DNA of 53,017 nucleotides, from positions 1 to 53,017 of the forward strand of contig MRSU01001383.1 in assembly GCA_008369845.1 (NCBI GenBank), in the 5' to 3' direction. The stretch's first letter is position 1. Each line of letters begins with the position of its first letter. Of the stretch, positions 9,459-18,387 are shown in pieces. This DNA comes from Trichomonas gallinae. Lineage: Eukaryota. The notes below the pieces were generated by a model that saw only the letters and a list, made by a program, of their open reading frames with translations, made no database searches and was not told the origin of the DNA. The translations under genes and the position numbers were made by a program.

Positions 9459-11777
9459 CTAAATATCAATACCATCTCCTGAATCAAATTCAGAGCTCTG
9501 TTTAGGTTCTTGAGATGGATTTTGCTGGTTTTCTGGACCAGTTACTTCTATCAAAGCGGAAGATGAAGATGAGCCAGTACCAAGTTGTATGTCGTCATCT
9601 TTATCCGACTCAGACTTGTCGCTCAATTCATAGCTATTGTTATTCTCATCCTCAGCTAATTTCGCACTTCCGCTATTTCTTTCGCCTTCGCTGTAGGTAT
9701 AGCTGTAGCTCTGACTCACAGACTTCTTCGCATTTTCGTCAATGTGAAGATCCTCTGGCTTCTCGTTGAAATCGAGGTTGCGGGAGTTGTTGTCTGTTGG
9801 CACTGACTTCTTGTCTTCTTCGACTTCCTCCTCTTCGTGCTCGCTCTCATCATTGGATATCGACACGGCAGACGATGATGTAATCTTATCTTCAGCTTCA
9901 TCGTAAATCTGCCTGACAGTTCCATGAGGAACGTCGCTCAAATCAACAGTCGATGTTGTTGTTGCGTCCTCGTAGTCGTACAGGTCTATGTACTGGACGA
10001 TCTCGAAGTCGCAGTCGAGTCCATCTGAGGACGGTGGCTCCAGTTCTGGCTCTAATTCGATCACGTGCTCTTCTTTGATGACACGCGGCCTGTCTTTCTC
10101 GATTCTCTCCTGCAAGTCTTTGATGTAGATCTTGTCTTCTTCGGCTTCGATCTCTCTTGCTCTGCGGACCTGCTTTCTTAGTTTCTCTCTCATCTCTCTC
10201 TTCTTCCTCTGCTTCTCTGTGACAGCTTTGTCTTTTTCTTCTTGGATCTTTCTCTCCTTTTCTTCTTTCTCTTTTTGTTCTCTTTCTTTCTTTTCATTCT
10301 CTTCTCTTTCCTTCTTCTCCTTTTCTTCTTTAGCCTTCTTTTCCTTGGCTTCCTTCTCTTCTTTCTCTTTCTGCTCCTTCTCCTTAGCCTCTTTAATCTC
10401 TTTCTCTTTCCTCTCCTTTTCTTCCTTCTCCTTTCTTTCTTTGGCTTCTTTCTCCTTCTTCTCTTTCTCCTTCTCTTCTTCCACCTTCTTCTGCTCTTCC
10501 TGTTCTATCCTCTTCCTCTCTTCTTCCTGCTCCTTTTCCTTCTGTTCTCTCTCTGCCTTCTCCTTTGCCTCCTTCTCCTTCCTGGCCTTTTCCTTAGCCT
10601 CCTTGATTTCTTTCTCCCTCTGTTCTTGCTCAGCCTTTTCCTTGGCTTCTCTTTGCTCTTTCTCTACTTTTTCTTTGGCTTCTATTTCTTTGCGCTCTTG
10701 CTCTTCTTTCTCTTTCTGCTCCTTTTCTGCCTTTAGCTTGGCTTCTTTCTCTTTGCGTTCTTTTTCTACCTTTTCAGCCAATTCTTTAGCCTCTTTCTCG
10801 GCTTTTTCTTTGGCTTCCTTTTCTTTGCGTTCTCTCTCTGCCTTTTCTTTCTGCTCCTTTTCCTTGGCCTCTTTACGAGCTTTTTCTTTCGCTTCTTTCT
10901 CTTTCTTCTCTTGTTCTAACTTTTCTTTCGCTTCTTTTTCTTTGCGCTCTTTTTCTTCCTTTTCTCTACGCTCTTTATCTGCCTTATCCTTTATAGCTTT
11001 GTCTTTTGCGTCTTTCTCCGCCTGTTGTGCAGCTAGTCTCGCTTCTTCTTCGCGTCTTTTTGCTTCTTCTTTCTTCGCCTTTTCTTCGAGCCATTTCTTT
11101 CTTTCCTCTTCTATCATAGCCTGAAGACGCTCGCGTTCTGAGTCTGTAATGTTGTTTAACGAAAGATCAACATTTTGTAAAACTCTTTCAACGTCTTCTC
11201 CGTTTGAGTCTTTGGGTGGACGAGTAATAAACTTGATAATCGGTTCAATGTTCTTGTTTGTAAGGCCGCAATTGATGAATTCGACATTTCTAAAATTGTA
11301 AGGATCGAGTTTGGAGATTTGGTTATTGAATTTGTTTGTATCGAACTTAACTGTATTGAAAGAAAGCATATCTAAAGGTGAATTGTTTGTTTCTAAAGCA
11401 TCAAATAATTCATGTAAGTTTTCTGAAGGTATCTCCATGTCGCTTAGTCTAATTCGCTTTATTCTTTTCGCTTTAGGAAGAACTTCCTTTAAAATTTTGC
11501 ATAAATAGTTTAAATAATTAGGTTTTTGTTTGTAAATCGATTTTTCGATGATCTGTTGATTCTTTTTGTTTTTATTTAGTGATTTTTCCTCCTCCATGGC
11601 AAGTCTACAGTTGAAGCGGAGTTCGTCGACCTTCTTATAAACTAAATTCGACAGAGGCCAGAAGAATTTGTTGTAATATTCGGCTGGAATCTCGGAAAAG
11701 TCGTACGTACAGAGGTGCTCGTCGCCTTTTCCTAGCGCATAAAGTTCTGGAATTGTGAATTTCTCCTTTTTCGTCAT
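9459..11777 (-). CDS. RNI-like leucine-rich-repeat protein with a long K/E-rich charged helix and acidic tail
   Basis: The N-terminal part has LRR-like segments (IKRIRLSDM, FINCGLTNKNI, LQNVDLSLNNITD). These are followed by about 300 aa of EKEAKEK-type repeats. Confidence 0.9.
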   Translation of the reverse strand: MTKKEKFTIPELYALGKGDEHLCTYDFSEIPAEYYNKFFWPLSNLVYKKVDELRFNCRLAMEEEKSLNKNKKNQQIIEKSIYKQKPNYLNYLCKILKEVLPKAKRIKRIRLSDMEIPSENLHELFDALETNNSPLDMLSFNTVKFDTNKFNNQISKLDPYNFRNVEFINCGLTNKNIEPIIKFITRPPKDSNGEDVERVLQNVDLSLNNITDSERERLQAMIEEERKKWLEEKAKKEEAKRREEEARLAAQQAEKDAKDKAIKDKADKERREKEEKERKEKEAKEKLEQEKKEKEAKEKARKEAKEKEQKEKAERERKEKEAKEKAEKEAKELAEKVEKERKEKEAKLKAEKEQKEKEEQERKEIEAKEKVEKEQREAKEKAEQEQREKEIKEAKEKARKEKEAKEKAEREQKEKEQEEERKRIEQEEQKKVEEEKEKEKKEKEAKERKEKEEKERKEKEIKEAKEKEQKEKEEKEAKEKKAKEEKEKKEREENEKKEREQKEKEEKERKIQEEKDKAVTEKQRKKREMREKLRKQVRRAREIEAEEDKIYIKDLQERIEKDRPRVIKEEHVIELEPELEPPSSDGLDCDFEIVQYIDLYDYEDATTTSTVDLSDVPHGTVRQIYDEAEDKITSSSAVSISNDESEHEEEEVEEDKKSVPTDNNSRNLDFNEKPEDLHIDENAKKSVSQSYSYTYSEGERNSGSAKLAEDENNNSYELSDKSESDKDDDIQLGTGSSSSSALIEVTGPENQQNPSQEPKQSSEFDSGDGIDI

Positions 11778-12001
11778 TTTTGAAAGTTAACAGAAAAGTT
11801 TAAAAAACGGCGTCCAACTTCTCTGCGGATTTGGCTTCAGGACACATAATTAATGCTATTTTTATAAAAATTAGACGCTTTTGACCAATATTCAAATTAT
11901 TGAAATTTGAAAATCGAATTTCTGACTAAATCATATATGCAAAACATATTAAAACAACAATACACTTCGAGTTTTAATTACATAAATCAATTTTTTTGAT
12001 G

Positions 12002-12500
12002 AATATTTTTTGATAAAAATATTTTTTTGAATTTGATCAAATTATATATGATTAATAGTTTTATTTCATGATAAATGCATATATTTCTTAATAAATAGGC
12101 TGAATCATGAAATATTTTTTGATAAAAATATTATTTTGAATTTGATCATATTATATATAATAACTTGTTTTTAATCCATGAGAAATGCATATAATTCTTT
12201 AGAAATAGGCTAGATCACATAATAATTTTTAAAATTCAATATTTTTGAGGAAATAGTGACATATAACTTAGTTTTAGTATGTAAATGATCAATATATGAA
12301 AATACCAACTTAATTTTAAATGAAAATTATCTTTATCATAAAATATTTTTATCAAAAAAATTCTGTTCAATTCTATTCATATCACATGATGTAAACTGTT
12401 ATCTATTCATGAGAATTGACTAATAATGTTTATAAATAAATATATCACATATTATTTTGAAAATTTCAATATTTTTTGATGATAAAATGTGATATCGATT
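12002..12500. repeat. Degenerate direct repeat, unit about 110 bp (2 full copies plus partial copies)
   Basis: AATATTTTTTGATAAAAATATT.TTTTGAATTTGATCA.ATTATATAT...CATGA.AAATGCATATA.TTCTT.A.AAATAGGCT occurs at about 12002 and 12111. Partial related blocks occur at about 12211 and 12443. Confidence 0.85.
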
Positions 12501-12595
12501 ATTGTGATTGTAAAATTCATATTAATTTGAGGAGATAGTTATAAAATACATCAATTTAACATTAATATAATATTCTTTATAAAATAAAAATAATA

Positions 12596-15358
12596 TTACA
12601 ATCGCATGCTATTAAATCTAAAAGCAATATTCAGAACTTTTCTCATTCTGATGTGAAGTTCTCCAATCCGCTGTTCAGGAGACATCTGCTTTACTATTTC
12701 CAAATTCTCAATCAAACTCTGAGCAGCTTCAGCGCCAATCAAAGCAGCCGGTCCTTCATCTGTCTGTAGAGCGCCAGTGAATGCGTCGGGATCAACGGCA
12801 AAAGGCGAGTTTGGATTCGTGAATATATAAGGAACCAAACTATTTATCATTTCCGTTGTTTCCCCTCTGTTTGGATCGAAATATCTGTGCTCGCAGAACT
12901 CGAATATCTTAGAAATTGACAAAGGAATCAACCTTTGCTCGAATCTTGATAATGTGCACAAAAACTTGATGAATATTTTGTTGACGTCATGCGCCAAGTT
13001 GTATTTCTCTAGAATCATGCCTGCCCAGTGCGTCATGTACTCCACATTCTCGTAGGGTATCATAGGCATCCCTTCTATGAAATTCTTGTTGCCAACTTGA
13101 ACAGAAGTGATGATATACATAAGCAACTCTCTGAATGATCTTATCATTCTGACGATGCTGTCTTCGACTTCTGCCTGCGAGATTGTTGGAGCGAAGAACT
13201 CTGGGAATGTCGCCGTCATCTTCTCGAAGACGAACTCGACGCAGTGATAGACATAATCCACTTGTACATTGTAGAATGACTTATCTTTGATGAAAAGCAT
13301 CAACAGGAAGAGCACATTTTCTATGAACGCAATGATTGTCTCAGCGCACCATGGGAATTCTTGTGTTGATATGAACATGTTCATTTCTTCGATGAAAATT
13401 CCCAATCTTTCAGGATTTAGATTTCTAAGACCGCAAATGCATCTCAAAGATCTAATATATTCGGCATAGCAGCGTCCTGATTCGTCTATATTCACCAGTT
13501 GGCTGGCAGCTTGTCTCATGTTGTTGAATGAAATTTCGATTCCTTCCAGTTGATCTGGAGGGAATTCACAGTCAATGAGGTTGTTCATGAACAAGAGGCC
13601 ATTCAGAACAACAGGGATTTTTTCAGTTCTTTCAATGTCATTGAGCATTTCATAATATTTCTGGAAAAATTGCTCTATATAATCAGCTCTGCTATACGCT
13701 ATTGCTATTGCTGATACGAGTTTTGTGTAGTTAGGATCAAGTCGTTCAATAATATCAAATGTTTGTTCAGATAAATCAATGAAAATGCTTCCAAGCTGCG
13801 GATACTGCTTAATCTTGTCTAAAATATATGTTAATGCAAGATTTGCGGCAACTGCTGGACATTGAACGTTCAATAATAATACTAAATGAACTGGAATTAA
13901 AGCTAATGCAACATTATAGTCATTTTGAGCCATTTCATCATTAATCTGAATGATTGATAATATCTTAGTATATAACAATATGTTTGCGTACATAGGAAGC
14001 TCTGCATTTTTGTCGTCAATTTCTTGAGTCAATAACTCTTTCATTGTCACGAAAATCAAGTTTATGAATGTTTTGATGTCTATATTAACATTTTGGACTA
14101 CAATAAAGTAGCATAAAATGAGCTGAGAACAAGTTAATGAAATATTTGTAATATCTATTTCTTGTAGGAACTCAGCAATCACCTGGCTGACTAGATGATG
14201 GTAAGCTATATCTGCCATGTGTATGAATTCGAAGCTAGTTTGCGCTCTGTCTAAAATTGTTTCGAAATTTTCTATTGTAGGGTTAACGGAGACTTCTCTT
14301 ATGTAGTATATTACATATGGAAAGCTCTGCTCGATGAATTCTGGATGATCTAAGCAATAGGTTGAAATTAAGCGAACGTAATAATCTGATGAGAACGGAA
14401 TTTGATTGTCTAGATAGAATTGGACGATAGTATAGCACTTTTGTATGTATTGTTCATATTCAGTGTATATATAGAGCATATAAAGCATTCTAGCATAATT
14501 ATCGTATATTTTAACGCGAACTATCATATCTGGGTTCTCTTTCGCTTTTTCAATGATCGGATCTATCCTATCTATAGGGAAATTCTGTTCAATGAACTGC
14601 CCTCGTAGATCAGGATTAATTTTCAAGATTAAATAAATATACATCTCAATGTAATGAGTGAAAGCGTGCAAGTTGCCCATGTCGAAGTTCGGCTGATCTA
14701 TTTGCGCATAAGGCGCGTTTATTTCTGCCAAATACTGATAAGACCAGGAAGGATCTGGTAAAATTGCAGCTAAATATTTAAATGTTTCCAGATTTGATGG
14801 GTCACCTTCTATCGCCATCCATATGTTATCGATGAAATAGCGCTGAGCTTCAGCGTTTTCGATAAATTGGAGCCTCGCTGGTTTATAATTTGGATCAACG
14901 CACATTTTTTGAGCTAACATTCTTATGAATGGGACTCTTATGTATTTGTTAGCTTCCTGGCTGATGAAATTAAGTGCTTCATTCATGTTTTGAGTCAATA
15001 AGAAATATAAAGCTAAAATTTCAGCGTATCTTGGTCTAATAGTTGATGTAAATTTCAAGTGCACAGGATAGCAAGTCTCAAACAAGAAGCTATAGAATAG
15101 TTGAGGCAATTCTGATTCTTGAATAGATTCCCATTTTGACTCAAAGAAGAATTCGATAGTATTGAGGATGTATTTTTGGATAGATTCGAATGTTGGCAGT
15201 TTCAGTTTAGAAAGATCTGAACACAATGCCTTATATAATTCAATTAAATCTGCGATGATAATTGGATTGTACGGGGCGATTTTGAAGAAGTTTGTAAGTT
15301 GATCTTGACTCTGAAATTCTTTGCCGAGCTCCTTCAGCCCTGCAATAATTTCAGTCAT
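12596..15358 (-). CDS. Large hypothetical alpha-helical (HEAT/ARM-like solenoid?) protein
   Basis: 920-aa ORF, I/L/F/Y-rich amphipathic helices, no recognisable catalytic motif. Confidence 0.88.
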   Translation of the reverse strand: MTEIIAGLKELGKEFQSQDQLTNFFKIAPYNPIIIADLIELYKALCSDLSKLKLPTFESIQKYILNTIEFFFESKWESIQESELPQLFYSFLFETCYPVHLKFTSTIRPRYAEILALYFLLTQNMNEALNFISQEANKYIRVPFIRMLAQKMCVDPNYKPARLQFIENAEAQRYFIDNIWMAIEGDPSNLETFKYLAAILPDPSWSYQYLAEINAPYAQIDQPNFDMGNLHAFTHYIEMYIYLILKINPDLRGQFIEQNFPIDRIDPIIEKAKENPDMIVRVKIYDNYARMLYMLYIYTEYEQYIQKCYTIVQFYLDNQIPFSSDYYVRLISTYCLDHPEFIEQSFPYVIYYIREVSVNPTIENFETILDRAQTSFEFIHMADIAYHHLVSQVIAEFLQEIDITNISLTCSQLILCYFIVVQNVNIDIKTFINLIFVTMKELLTQEIDDKNAELPMYANILLYTKILSIIQINDEMAQNDYNVALALIPVHLVLLLNVQCPAVAANLALTYILDKIKQYPQLGSIFIDLSEQTFDIIERLDPNYTKLVSAIAIAYSRADYIEQFFQKYYEMLNDIERTEKIPVVLNGLLFMNNLIDCEFPPDQLEGIEISFNNMRQAASQLVNIDESGRCYAEYIRSLRCICGLRNLNPERLGIFIEEMNMFISTQEFPWCAETIIAFIENVLFLLMLFIKDKSFYNVQVDYVYHCVEFVFEKMTATFPEFFAPTISQAEVEDSIVRMIRSFRELLMYIITSVQVGNKNFIEGMPMIPYENVEYMTHWAGMILEKYNLAHDVNKIFIKFLCTLSRFEQRLIPLSISKIFEFCEHRYFDPNRGETTEMINSLVPYIFTNPNSPFAVDPDAFTGALQTDEGPAALIGAEAAQSLIENLEIVKQMSPEQRIGELHIRMRKVLNIAFRFNSMRL

Positions 15359-15363
15359 ATTTT

Positions 15364-15721
15364 TTGCTGCGTCAAAAATGAACTCACTTACACGTCAACA
15401 AGATTATAATTGACTCAAAATTTCATTATACATGTCATAATTAGACAAAAGTGAACTGATAATATTTTTACATGTCAAAAATTATCCAGAGTCACGAAGA
15501 TAGTTTACATGACATAAATTTTCTAAAACTGACAAAAATATCCCATTTACACGTCATATTTACATGTAAATGTCAAAAACAATCATATTTTACATAACAA
15601 AAATCCGATTTACACGTCATACTGTCATGTAAATGTCAATAATATATTTTATATGACAAATCTAGTCATTTTACGTGACATAAATATTGAATTTATATAG
15701 CATAAAATTTTGTAAATGTCA
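15364..15721. promoter_or_regulatory. Phased array of TTTACRYGNCA / TGACA motifs, period about 20 bp
   Basis: Motif 3' ends at 15374, 15397, 15417, 15437, 15477, 15494, 15514, 15534, 15556, 15575, 15599, 15619, 15638, 15658, 15680, 15702 and 15721. A regulatory role is inferred from the position upstream of the 920-aa gene. Confidence 0.6.
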
Positions 15722-15757
15722 AAAATTTAAGAATTTGCTCTAAATATAAAAAACTTT

Positions 15758-17149
15758 TTAGTTCCAGGTTTCAGAGATTCTTGATTTTGCCTTTGGATCG
15801 TGGAAGATCTTAGCGCATCTATGTACTGGATCACGCTGGAAGTGATAGACACCATCTTGGGCGGAAACCATCTTCTGGAAGACCATGTAGATCATACCCA
15901 TCATGCTCTGCTCAGAGAGTGTGATGATAGAAGCGCCACGGGAGTAGTTCTGACGCTCAGCTGCACAAATGACGTGTGTGTTCCTGTTTGTTGGGTTCTT
16001 TCTCTCAACGAATGCGATGAAGATCTGGTTGCACTGCATTAACCTGCCGATAGCGACCCACTTAGCGAATGAGTTGCAGTTATCCTTGATTTCGGCGAGA
16101 AGCAATGAAGAACGGGCCTTCTCGAGGTCCTTGTCCCAGTTTGAGGAGCGGAGCTGTGTTGGGAAGTTGTTGAATGTTCTGCAGATAGCGAGTGATGGTC
16201 TTTCGCCCTCCTTGACTGGATCACGAAGACAGTCGATCTCGCAGCGGATGATGAATTCGATCTCCTTGAGGATGAAGCGGCGATAGACGTATGGTCTTGT
16301 TGGATCATCATCGCCAGCATGGTCAACATCTTCTCCGAGTGTGAATGCTGGTCCATCGCCGGAGTTGGCTGCAGCGACGAACTGGGAAGCGATGTGGCAG
16401 GACTCTACGAGACCCTTAAGGAATTCATCTCTTGTATCATCACGGCGCTGGTTAACTGGGATTGTAACTGTTTCGAGAGTGTTCTCGCAAACGGCTGCAG
16501 ACTCGTTGGCGCGTGTGTAGATGAATAAGTCGTTTCCTTCCTTCTTGAAAACAAGCTCGAATGGGCAAACTGATCTGTTAACGACAGAAATAGCGGCAAG
16601 GGTTCTGGCTGTTGTGAAGACACGGAGAGCGGACTTTGACTTCTGCTGCTTGACCTCTTCGAAAACTGGATCCTCCAAAACTGGGCTTTCCTCTGTGAAT
16701 GAGCATTCCGGGAGTAAGCGCTTCTTTGCTGGGCGTGTAGAAAGGATTGAAGAATTGAAAACCTTGGCCTTACCTGTGAATTTGATATCTTCTTCGAAGA
16801 TTTTGTCGCTGTAAGATGCATCGTTGAGCATGGAGGCCTCGAATGTTGTGTAGAGGTCCCAGTCAACCTGTGGTTCGACTAAGCCGTGGAAGTCGTATGG
16901 TGTAGCCGTAGCAACAGTGCGGCGCTTGATAGCCTGCTTGCTGAGGCCTTGATCTGGGTTCCATTCTGTTGTAGCTCTGAGCTTGAAGTTGAGAACTGGG
17001 GCTGTGAATGTCCAAATTGAAGTGTATGTGACTGATCTGTAGAGTTCTTCGGAAATTTCTGTTGGATAGATCCAGCCATAGTTGTGGGCTGCGCCATCGA
17101 AGGCTTTGCAGAATTCAGTAACATCGATATCTGGGTCGACTTGCTGCAT
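15758..17149 (-). CDS. eIF3d: Eukaryotic translation initiation factor 3 subunit D
   Basis: NWDKDLEKARSSLLLAEIKDNCNSFAKW...AFVERKNPTNRNTHVIC parallels eIF3d [28 protein letters not shown]...GYVSR...HVIL. Also YVYRRF, IIRCEID and strong codon bias. Confidence 0.9.
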   Translation of the reverse strand: MQQVDPDIDVTEFCKAFDGAAHNYGWIYPTEISEELYRSVTYTSIWTFTAPVLNFKLRATTEWNPDQGLSKQAIKRRTVATATPYDFHGLVEPQVDWDLYTTFEASMLNDASYSDKIFEEDIKFTGKAKVFNSSILSTRPAKKRLLPECSFTEESPVLEDPVFEEVKQQKSKSALRVFTTARTLAAISVVNRSVCPFELVFKKEGNDLFIYTRANESAAVCENTLETVTIPVNQRRDDTRDEFLKGLVESCHIASQFVAAANSGDGPAFTLGEDVDHAGDDDPTRPYVYRRFILKEIEFIIRCEIDCLRDPVKEGERPSLAICRTFNNFPTQLRSSNWDKDLEKARSSLLLAEIKDNCNSFAKWVAIGRLMQCNQIFIAFVERKNPTNRNTHVICAAERQNYSRGASIITLSEQSMMGMIYMVFQKMVSAQDGVYHFQRDPVHRCAKIFHDPKAKSRISETWN

Positions 17150-17399
17150 TTAAAAAAATTATGTACTCAAGCACCAAACCATGTCGTCACTTTTTTCATA
17201 ATAATCTGTCAATAAATTTAATTTGTCTGTCATGTAAAGTATTTCGGAAATTTGACAAATTGGGGCTACCACAAAATAAAAGGTGTCTGACAAAATAATA
17301 ACCTTATTACTCGGAGAGTTTTCACGCTATTAACTCATTGTTGAATCAATATTGATTGGATTTCTTTATGAATATATGCAGCGGATGCTCACGCTCTAT

Positions 17400-18280
17400 A
17401 TGTTTATATAAATATTATATTGATTATAGTACAATTAAATGAAGAGTTGTTTGATTTATTTGACGGTTGTTGATATGTCATTTTCTGACTTAAGTATCTA
17501 CTTTCATTTTCACTATAATATCCAATAATCAAATTCAGCACAAGAAATTAATTCAGCATGAAGTCATGTTTTATTATTGATAGGAGTTCAATGGTATAAA
17601 TCTGAATGCAATTTGAAATCAGAAATAAAAAAAAACAGTAATCTTTCGTTATATCAACATAGATTTGCTAGTTACGCTGATTTAAATTCAGTAATAAAGG
17701 AAATCATAACAATATTGCTTTTTAATCAGTCAAATTATCACAATTTCTGACAAGACGCAGCTGTATCATAATTACAATATTAAGATGCATGCCAAAATAA
17801 ATTACTTGTTTTTGAGACATATAATCGGTTAACGAAATGATGATCAATTTAATAAGTCAAAAATGCTTTTTCATTAATAATGATAATAGTGGCCTAACGC
17901 TATATATCAAAGTTACACATTTTATCCAGATAGAAATTTTAAAATACGATTTTGAGCAAATAAAATATTGGAAAAACTTAAAAAACAATCGAGTATAGAC
18001 TGTAAATATGATATATATCGTCTAAAAGAGTTGACATGAGTAGTATTTGTAATGGTTCAAGCTGTTTCTGATAGAAATCAACTACATTTGTTTTCATAAA
18101 CACTTTATGAGGCTTAAAATTGAGTATTTGTTTGAATTCATTTAGATTTTTATATCTATTCTTCGCGCCGACGATGTTGAATATCATTTCTAAAATCTGT
18201 GAAAGGAGGAAATTTGTCTGCTTTGCGGGGCTGCCCTCCATGAGTCCAGCGCTCTCATGCATAGGCTCATGGAACTGATT
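17400..18280 (-). pseudogene. Probable truncated or decayed gene (94-aa ORF 18262-17978 followed by a stop-interrupted coding-like continuation)
   Basis: The ORF uses host-like codons (CTC, TTC, AAG, CAG, ATC, GTC) and has an Inr-like TCACTTT on the minus strand at about 18304. The same frame continues as protein-like text with stops (NFYLDKMCNFDI*...INEKAFLTY*IDHHFVNRLYVSKTSNLFWHAS*). Confidence 0.4.
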
Positions 18281-18387
18281 AAATTAAAAATTAACAAAAA
18301 GTGAATTTATAAAAAAACTAATGACACTTTTCGAAATTTATTGCCACTTTTTTTAATTTTCAAAAAGCTTTAGAAAAAAATTATAAG

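Noticed and set aside
10132..11124. 330-aa and 164-aa F/S/L-rich + strand ORFs
   Set aside because: They are antisense shadows of the K/E repeat in the minus-strand gene. The same applies to 19831-20229, 33594-33860 and other nested ORFs.
15364..15721. CRISPR-like repeat-spacer reading of the motif arrays
   Set aside because: The repeats are 11 bp and degenerate, the spacers are about 9 bp, there are no cas genes and the context is eukaryotic.
18165..18280. U3 snoRNA or hammerhead ribozyme (GAC, ATCATTTCTA, GAGGAA, CTGA, GAAA present)
   Set aside because: There is no box B or box C for U3, and the hammerhead core CTGANGA and the UH site are absent.
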